Assembly (NCBI GenBank): GCA_903847915.1
Contig: CAINEW010000022.1
Location: 1,268 to 65,267 of the forward strand
DNA from: an uncultured bacterium
GTDB taxonomy: Bacteria > Patescibacteriota > Minisyncoccia > UBA6257 > GWB1-50-10
Direction: 5' to 3'
Length of the DNA: 64,000 nt
Shown here: positions 19,466-30,271 of the stretch, piece by piece
Position numbering within the stretch: the stretch's first letter is position 1
How the letters are laid out: each line of letters starts with the position of its first letter
Made by a program: the position numbers and the translations under genes
The notes under the pieces: model-generated
What the model saw: the letters and a program-made list of their open reading frames with translations, nothing else
What the model was told of the DNA's origin: nothing
Database searches by the model: none

Positions 19466-21544
19466 CTATAAAAGAATGTCTCGTGGTTTCGCTCCTTCGC
19501 CCTTCCCCACTACGCCTCGTTCCTCCATCATATCAATAAGACGTGCCGCACGTGCATAGCCAACCTTAAGTCTTCGCTGAAGAAGCGAAGCAGATGCTTT
19601 TTGCGCGGAGCGAACCACCTCAACCGCTTCTTCATATAATTCATCGTCATCACCTGATGCTTCATAATTATCAAACGAAAGAGGCAAAGGACCAGAATCT
19701 TCGTCGCCACTTTCTCCATTGGTTTGTGCACCTAAACTAATCAACCCCTCCGCAATATCATTATTTTTCAAAATAAACGTAGACACTTTTTTAATCTCTT
19801 CTTCTGTAATGAATGAACCTTGAATACGTGTGGGTTTTGATTTGTCTGCGGACACAAAAAGCAAATCACCATGTCCTAATAATTTTTCTGCGCCCGCGCT
19901 ATCCAAAATAGTGCGCGAGTCAATTTGACTTGCTACTTGGAGTGCAATGCGCGTAGTAATGTTCGCCTTAATAAGTCCTGTAATAACTTCCACCGAAGGA
20001 CGCTGTGTGGAGACAATCATATGAATCCCTGTTGCGCGTGCCATCTGCGCTAATCGAATAATCGCAGCTTCCACTTCCCTGCCATAAGTGGACATCAAAT
20101 CTGCAAGTTCATCAATCACAATAAGAATAAATGGAAGCGGCTCTTTAGAAGATTTATTAAAGCTTTTAATATCACGTGAACCTGCTTCAAGAAGAAGTTG
20201 ATAACGACGGTCCATTTCTTCAATCGCCCATCGTAATGCCCCCATCGCTTTTTTATTTTCTTTCACAACCGGCGCAATCAAATGAGGAATATTGTCATAT
20301 ACAGAAAGTTCTACACGTTTCGGATCAATCATGATCATACGTAACATATCAGGAGAGTTTCTATAAAGAAGAGAAATAATAATAGAATGAATGGTAATAG
20401 ATTTTCCTGAACCAGTGGCACCCGCGATAAGCATGTGAGGCATCTTGGTAATATCAGGCATCACCGGATCGCCATTTACATTACGTCCTAACATGAAACT
20501 TAATCCTTCTGATTTTTGAAATTCTGGATAAAGTAGTAAGCTGCCAAGGCGCACCACTGCTGCAGCTTTGTTGGGTACTTCAATGCCGACCAGTGATTTG
20601 CCGGGGATTGGTGCTTCAATACGAATAGGATGTGCGGCGAGCGCTAATGAAAGATCTTGACCTAACACCGTGATGCGCGAAAGTTTTACGCCCTCCGCGG
20701 GTTTCAACGTATAACGAGTAACGGTCGGACCCACATTAATCTCCCCCATCTCCACTGAAATACCAAAACTTTCTAGTGTGCGTTTAATAATATTTGCGTT
20801 TGCATGAAGATCGCCAATGGTGGGTTTTTCAATAGAAGAAACAAGAAGTGAAAGGGGCGGTGGAACATAATTACGAATTGGTTTTTGATCTTGGGGAGTG
20901 ATAGGCTCAAATCCTTTCGCGTCAACCGCCATTTCTTTTTTGTGATCATCTTTTTGTGGTTTTTTAATTTCATCTACAATGGGCGCTTGAGGCAAAGGTT
21001 CGGAAGGAAGCTTGATAGTCATAGCGTCCTTCATCATCTTTTTTTCTTCACGTTCTTCATTACGTCGAAAGATCGGTAATGCAAGTGGTTTATTAATCGT
21101 CACAAGAAATGAAGCGGCAAGAATACTGAACGTGATGACGAGTGACGCGGGCGTGCCAAAAGGATAACGAAGTGATCCCATCGCGACGCCGGTAAGTCCC
21201 CCACTGCCCGGTGAAATAATATCAATAAATCCCAAACTCGCGAGCACAAACAATCCCCCACTCACAAACGTGAGCCACAAGAGTTGCTTCCGTTCGGGAG
21301 AAAAAAAAGAAAACGCGATAAGAAAACTAGTAATCGGTAATAAGTAATAACCGATACCAAACAATTTTTCAAATAATGTATAAAATTGTTCTCCCAAAGG
21401 TCCTGCTTGACCTGCAGCGGCAAGGAGGAAAATTACTGTGAGTGCAAAAAATACCACGATCCATACACTCTTTTTAATATCAGGATGAAGATTCAATTCA
21501 AAATGAGTTTCTTCTGAATTATTTTTTTTATTCTTTTTTGCCAT
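19466..21544 (-). CDS. ftsK: DNA translocase FtsK/SpoIIIE
   Basis: N-terminal TM helices, Walker A MLIAGATGSGKS, a C-terminal gamma winged-helix domain; 692 aa. Confidence 0.88.
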   Translation of the reverse strand: MAKKNKKNNSEETHFELNLHPDIKKSVWIVVFFALTVIFLLAAAGQAGPLGEQFYTLFEKLFGIGYYLLPITSFLIAFSFFSPERKQLLWLTFVSGGLFVLASLGFIDIISPGSGGLTGVAMGSLRYPFGTPASLVITFSILAASFLVTINKPLALPIFRRNEEREEKKMMKDAMTIKLPSEPLPQAPIVDEIKKPQKDDHKKEMAVDAKGFEPITPQDQKPIRNYVPPPLSLLVSSIEKPTIGDLHANANIIKRTLESFGISVEMGEINVGPTVTRYTLKPAEGVKLSRITVLGQDLSLALAAHPIRIEAPIPGKSLVGIEVPNKAAAVVRLGSLLLYPEFQKSEGLSFMLGRNVNGDPVMPDITKMPHMLIAGATGSGKSITIHSIIISLLYRNSPDMLRMIMIDPKRVELSVYDNIPHLIAPVVKENKKAMGALRWAIEEMDRRYQLLLEAGSRDIKSFNKSSKEPLPFILIVIDELADLMSTYGREVEAAIIRLAQMARATGIHMIVSTQRPSVEVITGLIKANITTRIALQVASQIDSRTILDSAGAEKLLGHGDLLFVSADKSKPTRIQGSFITEEEIKKVSTFILKNNDIAEGLISLGAQTNGESGDEDSGPLPLSFDNYEASGDDDELYEEAVEVVRSAQKASASLLQRRLKVGYARAARLIDMMEERGVVGKGEGAKPRDILL

Positions 21545-22069
21545 TATCTCTATATTAAAGACGAAAAACTGGTATGGTGCAAGGTAAATTATTAATGAGT
21601 ATAAAATTATATAAGCAAATTTTAAAAAACATCTTCATGCAAAACTAGTGATAACCAACCTAAAAGATTCAAAGGAAGAAAAAATAGAACAATAGAGAGC
21701 GTCTATATTTTCCAGAAGACATAACCTTTATAAAATACATACCTTAAGCCATATTAACCAAAAAATCATCGCTCGACATAAAAGAACATTTTTATATACA
21801 TACCAATAATTTGAATGTATTAGGATATATAAAATAAATCAAAAAAGTGGAAAAACTCAATAAACCCGATAAAGTGGGAAAACCAGCTTTCAATGTTGAA
21901 AAATCGGATAAGTAGATAAAACCTACACTTTTCAAAAAATCCTTGTTAAACACTCAAAATTGTTTCACAAGCCGATAAGCTATATAAAACCTAGCTTATC
22001 GGGTTTTTGAGGTATGTATAATGTTTCACGTTAAACATTTTTAAATGAAATATTTCAGATATTTTTGAA

Positions 22070-22175
22070 TATTTTATGAAGCTACACAACACTATGTTGT
22101 GATTTTTCTGCGGAATCCGCCGAAACATAATCCTTATTTCTTCAAGTTATAGAAGAGTGTAAATCATATACATTG
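22070..22175 (+). repeat. conserved ~100-nt motif copy 2 (ATGAAGCTACACAAC...TTCTGCGGAATCCGCCGAA...CTTCAAGTTATAGAAGAG)
   Basis: Homologous to 4551-4655; contains the mini-ORF MKLHNTML-stop. About 60 nt upstream of yraN. An extended -10 (TGTATAAT) lies at 22014-22021. Confidence 0.5.
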
Positions 22176-22234
22176 AAGAATATACGTCTACGGTCTTCTG
22201 TGAAGGCGGAGACAAAAAGAGTAGAATTAAGAGG

Positions 22235-22603
22235 ATGAACAAAAAGAGCGAATTAGGGAAAATAGGGGAAGATATCGCATCAGAATTCTTGAAAAAGAGA
22301 GGATTTAAAATAATAGAAAGGAATAATTGGGAGAAATGGGGAGAGCTTGATATTGTGGCAAAGGCAAAAGATAAGACATTGATATTAGTAGAAGTGAAGA
22401 CGATGAGGGAGGGAAGTTTAAAACCAGAAGATCAGATGAGTGGGGGAAAGATGGAAAGATTCATGCGCGCCGCAGAGGTCTACGCGAATGCACATCCGGA
22501 ACATATTGATGAGAAAAAAGGATGGCGACTGGACGCAATAATGATTGTCATCTCCGATTCAGAATCACCAAAAATCACACATTACGAAAATATTATAAGA
22601 TAA
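22235..22603 (+). CDS. yraN: YraN family (UPF0102) predicted endonuclease
   Basis: GEDIASEFLKKRGFKIIERNNWEKWGELDIVA...LILVEVKT matches the YraN/UPF0102 signature; 122 aa. Confidence 0.7.
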   Translation: MNKKSELGKIGEDIASEFLKKRGFKIIERNNWEKWGELDIVAKAKDKTLILVEVKTMREGSLKPEDQMSGGKMERFMRAAEVYANAHPEHIDEKKGWRLDAIMIVISDSESPKITHYENIIR

Positions 22604-22764
22604 TAAATGAATTATATTAAAACATTTTATATAAAAGATAACAAGTGTTAATTGACAGATTAATTTTTAGTATGATACACTAAAAACATTGAATGCCGCT
22701 CCGTTGTGAGCGGTCATTTGCTAAAAAAGTCGAAAGAAAAAAAATAAATAAAAATAATTTAAGT

Positions 22765-24000
22765 ATGGATCTCAAAGCACTGAACGCAGCGATGCAACAA
22801 ATCGCCGGAGAAAAAAGTATTACGCCAGAACAGGTCTTGAATGCGATTGAAACGGCCATTGCGGCGGCATATAAAAAAGAATATCGCGAACGTTCAGAAA
22901 TTATTCGCGCAAAGTTTGATACAAAAACAGGCGAACTTTTATTTTCGCAAATAAAAACAGTGGTGAATCCTGATGAGGTGCGTATCATTACAGAAGAAGA
23001 ACAAACTGCAGAAGAAGAGGAAAAGAAAACAAACTATGAAAAAAGAGAATTGCCGGAAGAAGAGGAAGCGCTTCCGCGGTATAATCCGCAACGCCATATT
23101 TTTCTTGAAGAAGCACGTGCGATAAAAAAAGATGCGCAAGTGGGAGAAGAAATTATTTTTCCGCTTCCGATGCATGCAGAGTTCGGACGCATTGCCGCAC
23201 AAACCGCAAAGCAAGTCGTGCTCCAAGGATTGCGCGATGCGGAACGTTCATCGGTGCGCGAAGAATTTGCAGGAAAAGAGGGGACCGTGATGAGTGGAAT
23301 CATCCAGCGATTTGAACGAGGAAATGTATATGTGGATGTGGGACGCGCGGTCGGTATTATGTTTCACAACGAAAGTATTCCGGGAGAACATTATCGTGTT
23401 GGTGAACGTATGCGATTTTATGTACTCGCAGTACAAGACGATCCGCGCCGTCCGGGTATTATCCTTTCTCGTGCGCATCCAAAATTTGTAGAAAAATTAT
23501 TTGAAATGGAAGTGCCTGAAATTACAGAAGGAATTGTAGAAGTAAAAAGTATTGCGCGCGAAGCGGGGAATCGTACCAAGATTGCAGTTGGTACTAAAGT
23601 GGAAGGAGTAGATCCAGTAGGGTCAGCAGTTGGTCAGCGGGGGACACGAGTTATGGCGGTGACCAACGAATTAGGTAACGAAAAGATTGATATTATTGAG
23701 TGGTCAGAAGATATGGCAGAATACATTGGTCATTCGCTTTCGCCCGCACAAGTAAAACTTGTTGAAATAATGCCACGAAGAGAAGCGCGTGCGTTGGTGC
23801 CCGAAGATCAATTAAGTTTAGCGATCGGGAAGGGCGGACAAAATGTGCGATTAGCAGCAAAATTAACAGGATGGAAAATTGATGTGCGATCACAATCAAA
23901 TCCTGATCAAGTGCAAGAAGGAGGTATTGCGGTATCTGCTCCCGAAGAAGGAGAAGAAACACAATTTATCCCTCCACCTGAAGACGAAGCAAAATCATAA
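22765..24000 (+). CDS. nusA: transcription termination/antitermination factor NusA
   Basis: N-terminal domain plus S1 and two KH domains (GQNVRLAAKLTGWKIDV) and an acidic tail. Start placed at MDLKALN by alignment to the typical NusA N-terminus. Confidence 0.88.
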   Translation: MDLKALNAAMQQIAGEKSITPEQVLNAIETAIAAAYKKEYRERSEIIRAKFDTKTGELLFSQIKTVVNPDEVRIITEEEQTAEEEEKKTNYEKRELPEEEEALPRYNPQRHIFLEEARAIKKDAQVGEEIIFPLPMHAEFGRIAAQTAKQVVLQGLRDAERSSVREEFAGKEGTVMSGIIQRFERGNVYVDVGRAVGIMFHNESIPGEHYRVGERMRFYVLAVQDDPRRPGIILSRAHPKFVEKLFEMEVPEITEGIVEVKSIAREAGNRTKIAVGTKVEGVDPVGSAVGQRGTRVMAVTNELGNEKIDIIEWSEDMAEYIGHSLSPAQVKLVEIMPRREARALVPEDQLSLAIGKGGQNVRLAAKLTGWKIDVRSQSNPDQVQEGGIAVSAPEEGEETQFIPPPEDEAKS

Positions 24001-24024
24001 GTCGAATTATTTTTATTATTAAAA

Positions 24025-26034
24025 TTGTATATGAATATACTTTATGTTATTTTTGGCCCTGTCGTATTTGCGACAGTTTATACCATCTTTATTATGAGAT
24101 GGTTGAAAAAGCAACCAGATGGAAATGAAAAAATGAAAGAAATTGCGCGTGCTATTCAAGATGGTTCGTCAGCGTATTTAAATCGTCAATATCGTACAGT
24201 AGCATATGTGGCACTCCCACTCTTTCTTTTAATCGGATATTTTCTGAATTGGACAGCAGGAATCGGATTTTTAGTGGGCGCAAGTGCATCGGCGCTTGCA
24301 GGATATATCGGAATGTATGTAGCAGTGCATTCAAATGTGAAAACAACCGAAGCGGCACATAAAGGACTAAAAAGTGCGCTCGGAGTTGCGTTCAAAGCAG
24401 GATCAGTCACAGGGTTTTTAGTGGTCGCACTCGGACTTCTTTCGGTGGCGCTTATGTATTTACTTACAGGAGAAGTATCAGGACTTATCGGATTGGGATT
24501 TGGTGCAAGTTTAATTTCTATTTTTGCTCGCCTTGGTGGAGGTATTTTTACGAAAGCTGCGGACGTAGGAACTGATTTGGTAGGAAAAGTAGAAGCAGGA
24601 ATCCCTGAAGACGATCCACGTAACCCGGGAGTAATTGCCGACAACGTAGGAGATAATGTGGGCGACTGTGCAGGCATGGCAGCAGATTTATTTGAAACCT
24701 ATGCAGTGACACTCACCGCGGCAATGTTATTGGGATCGCTTATTTTTACAAGTGCGCAATTATTATTTCCGTTGGTACTTGGAGGACTCGCAATTATCGC
24801 ATCTCTTATTGGAGTTCTGTTTGTAAAACTTGGTAAAAAAGAAAATATTATGGGCGCGCTCTACAAAGGACTTATTGCATCACTTGGAATATCCGCAATA
24901 TTATTTTATTTTGCTTCGCAATATTATTTTGGCACAGAATATTTACGTGTGTTTGGAAGTGCGTGCATCGGACTTATCGTGACCGCGCTTATGGTGATCG
25001 TCACTGATTACTACACCGCAAAAAAATATCGTCCGGTACGTTCTATCGCCGCAGCATCAGAATCAGGTCACGGCACGAATATTATTATGGGACTTTCGGT
25101 AGGGATGGAATCAACTTTTCTACCCATCATTATTATTACTGGAGGTATTTTAGGTGCCTATATGCTCGCAGGTATTTATGGTATTGCGCTCGCGGCAGTA
25201 GGTATGCTTTCGGTTGCGGGAATTGTGGTGGCAATTGATTCATTTGGTCCTATTACCGACAATGCGGGAGGAATTGCAGAAATGACAAACGCGCCAAAAG
25301 AAGTGAGAGAAATTACCGATGCGCTTGACGCGGTAGGGAACACCACAAAAGCAGTGACAAAAGGATATGCAATCGCATCCGCAGGACTTGCGGCGTTGGT
25401 ACTCTTCGGAGGTTATGTGGGAGAGTTTGCAAAACTTTCACGTCAACTCTCTTTCGATCTCCAAAATCCATTAGTACTCATCGGACTTTTCTTGGGCGCA
25501 GCAGTACCAAATCTCTTTGCTGCAATCGCGATGAAATCAGTGGGGCGTGCCGCAAGTGCGATTGTGGACGAAATTCGAAGACAATTCCGTGAAATCCCTG
25601 GATTGCTAATGTCCACTCAAAGCGGATCCGCCTTGGGCGGGGAAGGAACCGCACGACCAGAATATGGAAGGGCGGTGGATATTGTAACAAAAGCCGCGCT
25701 TCGTGAAATGGTAGTGCCAGCGCTTTTACCCGTGGTTTCAGTGATTTTTATAGGATTTATGTTTGGTGCTGAAGCGCTCGGCGGATTCCTCATTGGGGTG
25801 ATTCTTTCTGGAATGTTTGTGGCGATCTCAATGACTTCAGGAGGCGCCGCATGGGATAATGCGAAAAAACACGTGGAAGACGGTCACCACGGAGGCAAGG
25901 GATCAGATAGTCACAAGGCGGCGGTGACGGGGGATACGGTGGGTGATCCTTATAAAGACACTGCAGGTCCTGCTATCAATCCTCTTATTAAGGTAATTAA
26001 TATCATTGCACTTCTTTTAGTGCCATTCCTCTAA
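24025..26034 (+). CDS. hppA: membrane-bound proton-translocating pyrophosphatase (H+-PPase)
   Basis: [19 protein letters not shown] and [21 protein letters not shown] motifs; about 16 TM helices. Confidence 0.92.
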   Translation: MYMNILYVIFGPVVFATVYTIFIMRWLKKQPDGNEKMKEIARAIQDGSSAYLNRQYRTVAYVALPLFLLIGYFLNWTAGIGFLVGASASALAGYIGMYVAVHSNVKTTEAAHKGLKSALGVAFKAGSVTGFLVVALGLLSVALMYLLTGEVSGLIGLGFGASLISIFARLGGGIFTKAADVGTDLVGKVEAGIPEDDPRNPGVIADNVGDNVGDCAGMAADLFETYAVTLTAAMLLGSLIFTSAQLLFPLVLGGLAIIASLIGVLFVKLGKKENIMGALYKGLIASLGISAILFYFASQYYFGTEYLRVFGSACIGLIVTALMVIVTDYYTAKKYRPVRSIAAASESGHGTNIIMGLSVGMESTFLPIIIITGGILGAYMLAGIYGIALAAVGMLSVAGIVVAIDSFGPITDNAGGIAEMTNAPKEVREITDALDAVGNTTKAVTKGYAIASAGLAALVLFGGYVGEFAKLSRQLSFDLQNPLVLIGLFLGAAVPNLFAAIAMKSVGRAASAIVDEIRRQFREIPGLLMSTQSGSALGGEGTARPEYGRAVDIVTKAALREMVVPALLPVVSVIFIGFMFGAEALGGFLIGVILSGMFVAISMTSGGAAWDNAKKHVEDGHHGGKGSDSHKAAVTGDTVGDPYKDTAGPAINPLIKVINIIALLLVPFL

Positions 26035-26054
26035 TCTTATTGATTATAGAAAAA

Positions 26055-26090
26055 CCTCAAAAGCCGTCAGAAATGGCGGTTTTGAGTTAT
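26055..26090 (+). terminator. rho-independent terminator after hppA
   Basis: CTCAAAAGCCG...CGGTTTTGAG hairpin followed by a T-run. Confidence 0.5.
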
Positions 26091-26311
26091 CCACAGGAGA
26101 GGGTGTTGTGAGAGATCTTAAATGTTCTATAATAATCATACGTTCGTTGAAATAAGTATGTAAATAAAAAACCAACAGGAGCTTCCTGTAATACTTGTTC
26201 CATAACGAACAAAAGAGTTTCTCTATATTTGTCCCGCGGTATCCGCGGGACATTTCCTTTTTATAAGGAGTATCCTATACTCATATCAGCAATTTAAGAA
26301 AGGAATTTATT

Positions 26312-26728
26312 ATGTCTAAAATAACGTTGGATGTTTCCGGTAATCTTACCGCAATCGATGTGGTACATAATACAGTTTTTATAAAAGAAAGTGTATTAAG
26401 GCAATTATATCGTCCACAACATCTCAAGGCCTCCGATGTATTGCCAAAACTCTTTGAAAGTGAAAAAGAGGGGGCACTTACTAAAGAAGAAGTATTAAAA
26501 TGTATATGTGCAATAATATTTGATTTAAATTATAGTTCGAACGACGAGGAATATATTCGAAAATGTAGTGAATATATGATTCCTAAAGCACTTCAAATTT
26601 TACCACTCTTTTTAAATAGTAAGTCATTGTATAACAAAGAAGATGCGCAACAAATAAGAGTGTTATTAGAAGAGGGAAAAAGTTTTGAATATATTGAAAA
26701 ATATTTTCACAAAAATCCACCGGACTAA
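26312..26728 (+). CDS. hypothetical protein
   Basis: 138 aa; RBS AAAGGAA upstream. No recognisable domain. Confidence 0.5.
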   Translation: MSKITLDVSGNLTAIDVVHNTVFIKESVLRQLYRPQHLKASDVLPKLFESEKEGALTKEEVLKCICAIIFDLNYSSNDEEYIRKCSEYMIPKALQILPLFLNSKSLYNKEDAQQIRVLLEEGKSFEYIEKYFHKNPPD

Positions 26729-26760
26729 CGGTGGATTTTTTAATATGTTAAAATTTTTTA

Positions 26761-27201
26761 CTAATCACTTTTTACCTTAAGTTTTTTTGCTTTTGCGCGC
26801 GAGAGGCGAGGCATTCGCACGGTAAGTACGCCGTGTTTTAAATGCGCGTGGGATAATTCAGGATCCACTTCGTAGGGAAGAATAATAGAGCGAGAAAATC
26901 TTCCCCAAAAACATTCTTGGTAGAAAAAATCTTTATCTTGAATTTCTTGTGTCTTTTCACGTTCGCCACTAATCGTCACTGATTCGGTCGTAATGTTAAT
27001 ATCTAGATCCTCTTCTTTCACGCCTGCTACTGTGGATTGTACGACAAGATCATCACCGTCTTGATAGACGTCAACTGTAAGTTTGCCTTCACCATCTTCA
27101 TCCCGTGGAGAAAGATCAGTATGTTCAATGGTAATCGGCGTTGGCTGACTTTTTACTTTTGCAAGTTCCACAAACACCTCTTTATTAGTACGTTCATCCA
27201 T
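26761..27201 (-). CDS. Hsp20/alpha-crystallin family small heat-shock protein
   Basis: Alpha-crystallin domain: TVDVYQDGDDLVVQSTVAGVKEEDLDINI...ILPYEVDPELSHAHLKHGVLTVRMPR. Confidence 0.85.
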   Translation of the reverse strand: MDERTNKEVFVELAKVKSQPTPITIEHTDLSPRDEDGEGKLTVDVYQDGDDLVVQSTVAGVKEEDLDINITTESVTISGEREKTQEIQDKDFFYQECFWGRFSRSIILPYEVDPELSHAHLKHGVLTVRMPRLSRAKAKKLKVKSD

Positions 27202-27239
27202 ATAAGAAAGTATATCATATGAACGCCAGAGAATAAATA

Positions 27240-27992
27240 TTATATAGGAAGCGCTTTTTTAGGTTTTAGTTTTTCAAAATCATAGAGAATAATTACGAGG
27301 TTTAAGACAAGAAACGCGGTGGGGTAGAGAAGATTGGTGTCTTGAAAAATAAAGATGAGATAATTAAATCCGCTGTGAATGATTGTGGCGAGGAGAAGTC
27401 CAAAAGCAAAAAGGACACGTGGTGCATGGAGAAATTTTTCGCGTGCCCAGTAATAACCAATAGTGCCGGAAGAAAGAGTGTGGAGAAATGTCGCGCCTGC
27501 AAAACGGAGAAAAAGGGTTTGGCCAAGGAGAGAGAGATTTGCGAGAAGGAGTGAGGGGACTGCAGGGACGGAAGTGGGATAGAGAATATTGAGCGCCACA
27601 AAAAAGTTTTCTATGGTTGCAAATCCAAGAGAGGCAGCAATCATATAAATCATCGCGTCTACTGGCTCGTCAAATTCTTTATGTTTTTTAGTCGCCCAAA
27701 ATGCAGCGCAAAATTTAAAGAATTCTTCAATAAGCGCAAGACCAATAATAAGACCAATACGTGCGCCATCTGCGCCCATATCTCCCATCGCGCGTTGAAA
27801 AATCATTTGAAACGCGAGCACGGGCACGCTCATCAACATGCCGATGTTGAACGTGTAAAGGAGTAATCGTTTCGGTTCGGGGTGCAAATCCTCGCGCAAA
27901 TAAAAAAGAATCCAAAGAAATCCAGGAATGAGAGGACCAATACAAAGAGCGAGAGGGGAAAGCGAGTTCATGATTCTATTATAACTCTTCAA
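27240..27992 (-). CDS. PrsW family intramembrane metalloprotease
   Basis: EExxK (LIEEFFKF), FATIENF and HSGFN motifs within a polytopic membrane protein. Confidence 0.7.
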   Translation of the reverse strand: MKSYNRIMNSLSPLALCIGPLIPGFLWILFYLREDLHPEPKRLLLYTFNIGMLMSVPVLAFQMIFQRAMGDMGADGARIGLIIGLALIEEFFKFCAAFWATKKHKEFDEPVDAMIYMIAASLGFATIENFFVALNILYPTSVPAVPSLLLANLSLLGQTLFLRFAGATFLHTLSSGTIGYYWAREKFLHAPRVLFAFGLLLATIIHSGFNYLIFIFQDTNLLYPTAFLVLNLVIILYDFEKLKPKKALPI

Positions 27993-30147
27993 TCATTAAG
28001 AATCTCTTTTTCTTACCGGGAAGTTCTTGATAAATTGCTTCGGTCACAAACGGCATAAACGGATGAAGAAGTTTGAGAAATTGAAGAAGAGTAGAAGAAA
28101 GAATCGTGCGAGTATTTTGTACGAGTTTCACGTCATCAAGTTGATGTTTTGAAATTTCAAGATAGATATCACAAAAATCATGCCAGAAAAAATCATAAAG
28201 CGTATGAAGTGCTTTTGAAAACGCAAAGGATTCAATATCACGTGCAACACTTTTCTTTGTTTTTGTAAGCGCGCTTAATATTTTTTTATCTGCGGAAGTT
28301 TTTGCGCGCGGTACAGAAGTTTTTTTGGTAGATAAAGTCGCATCAGTGCGTATTTGAATAAATCGTGCTGCATTCCAAATCTTGTTGCAGAATTTCTGAC
28401 CTGCAATAACAGCCGCTTCGTCCCAGCGAATGTCTTGTCCTCCCATCTGCCAAATTACCGCAAAGCGGGTAGCGTCTGCGCCGTTTTTATTAATATACAT
28501 AAGTGGATCAATTCCTGTGCCTAAGCTTTTAGACATTCTTCGTCCGTCTTTCGCAAGTACTGTGCCGTGAATAAACACGCGTGCAAAAGGCACTTTTTTC
28601 ATAGTAGAAAGTCCTGAAAAAATCATCCGCGCAACCCAGAGATTTAAAATATCGCGCGCAGTGATAAGCGCACTACCAGGGTAATAATTATTAAGATCAT
28701 TTTTTGAAAGTCCTGCAAAAGGCCAAAGTGCAGAAGAAAACCACGTATCTAACACATCAGGCGATTGCTCCATTGTGCACTTTTTACAAAAAGGACAGCG
28801 TACAGGTTTTTTATTCGCAACAACAAACAATTCTTTTTTATTCTTATCTTCTTTATTATGAGCGCAAAACCACACGGGTAATTGATGTCCCCACCAAATT
28901 TGACGTGAGATAGTCCAGTCGTGAATATGAGCGAGCCAATCTTTATACACTTTTTCAAAACGTGAAGGGAAGATAGAAGTTTTTTTCTTCGTCACTGCCT
29001 GAAGAGCGCTTTTGGCGAGAGTATTCATTTTTAAAAACCATTGTGCGGAAGGAATGGGTTCAATCACATGCGCGCAACGATAACAAATCGCCACACGATG
29101 TGTATACGCTTCTTCTTTGGTAATTAATCCGAGTGCTTTCAAGTCATCAACCACTTTTTTACGGGCATCAATCACATTCATGCCCGCATATTTTCCTGTG
29201 CGCTCATTCATCTTCCCGCGCTCGTCAATAATTTGAATAAGGGGGAGTGTGTGGCGCTCTGCAATTTGAAAATCCACGCTGTCGTGTGCAGGTGTCACTT
29301 TAATCACGCCTGTGCCAAATTTTGAATCCACCGCATTGTCTGCAACAATTTTTAAAGTAATGGTAGCACGCATAGGCGTTTCAAGTGTACCTTCTGTAGA
29401 GATAGATTCTATCTGAAGTGTCTTGCCGACATACTGTTTGTAACGTGCATCGCGAGGATTAACCGCAAGGGCAGTATCGCCAAATTTTGTTTCAGGGCGC
29501 ACGGTGGCGACCGTAAAAGAGCCATACTGCATATAGTAGAGTGTCGCGGGTTCTTCTTTATATTCAAGTTCTAGTTCAGAAAGTGAGGTTTGGCAACGGG
29601 GACACCAATTGACCGTACGCACTCCACGATAGATAAGCCCCTTTTTGTGATAAGCAATAAACGCGTTTGTTACATCTTTTGCGTACGTAGGATCCATCGT
29701 AAAACGAGTACGTGACCAGTCCGCCGAGATACCAATCTTTCTCAATTGAGCATAGATCAGGTTGCCGTACTGCTCTTTCCACTCCCATACTTTTTTGATA
29801 AACTCCTCCCGCCCTAACACAAAGCGGTTGGTACCCTGTTTTTTCAATTCTTTTTCCACCACATATTGAGTGGCAATGCCCGCATGATCAGTGCCAGGTA
29901 AATAAAGCGCGCGGAATCCACGAAGACGATGATAGCGTACCAAAATATCTTGAATAGTATTATTAAGCAAATGCCCCATGTGGAGTGTGCCAGTCACATT
30001 CGGAAGAGGCATGTATACAATGTATTTTTTTGCCCTTTTCCCTTTCGCGCGTGGGAGGTTATCAGGATTAAAATAACCAGAACGTTCCCATGCGTCATAA
30101 AGTGTCGGCTCTGTCTTTAGGGGATCATAAGGTCCTTCGGGAATCAT
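27979..30147 (-). CDS. valS: valine--tRNA ligase (short form)
   Basis: PLPNVTGTLHMGHLLN (HIGH) and KMSKSLGT (KMSKS) with a CP1 editing region. Start moved to MIPEGPYDP (30147); the upstream ORF-track extension is hydrophobic junk. Confidence 0.88.
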   Translation of the reverse strand: MIPEGPYDPLKTEPTLYDAWERSGYFNPDNLPRAKGKRAKKYIVYMPLPNVTGTLHMGHLLNNTIQDILVRYHRLRGFRALYLPGTDHAGIATQYVVEKELKKQGTNRFVLGREEFIKKVWEWKEQYGNLIYAQLRKIGISADWSRTRFTMDPTYAKDVTNAFIAYHKKGLIYRGVRTVNWCPRCQTSLSELELEYKEEPATLYYMQYGSFTVATVRPETKFGDTALAVNPRDARYKQYVGKTLQIESISTEGTLETPMRATITLKIVADNAVDSKFGTGVIKVTPAHDSVDFQIAERHTLPLIQIIDERGKMNERTGKYAGMNVIDARKKVVDDLKALGLITKEEAYTHRVAICYRCAHVIEPIPSAQWFLKMNTLAKSALQAVTKKKTSIFPSRFEKVYKDWLAHIHDWTISRQIWWGHQLPVWFCAHNKEDKNKKELFVVANKKPVRCPFCKKCTMEQSPDVLDTWFSSALWPFAGLSKNDLNNYYPGSALITARDILNLWVARMIFSGLSTMKKVPFARVFIHGTVLAKDGRRMSKSLGTGIDPLMYINKNGADATRFAVIWQMGGQDIRWDEAAVIAGQKFCNKIWNAARFIQIRTDATLSTKKTSVPRAKTSADKKILSALTKTKKSVARDIESFAFSKALHTLYDFFWHDFCDIYLEISKHQLDDVKLVQNTRTILSSTLLQFLKLLHPFMPFVTEAIYQELPGKKKRFLMIEEL

Positions 30148-30271
30148 ATAAAAGAAGTATAAGACGCAAAGAGTGGTTTGTATAGATTCAAAAGAAAAAT
30201 AGTTGATAAAAAAAGAGAAGGGGAGTAGGGTAAAACAGGCATGTTTCACAATTTAATCAAGGACAAGAGCT

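Noticed and set aside
24186-24677. 163-aa minus-strand ORF inside hppA
   Set aside because: Antisense shadow ORF of the H+-PPase gene with Pro/Ser/Thr-rich junk composition.
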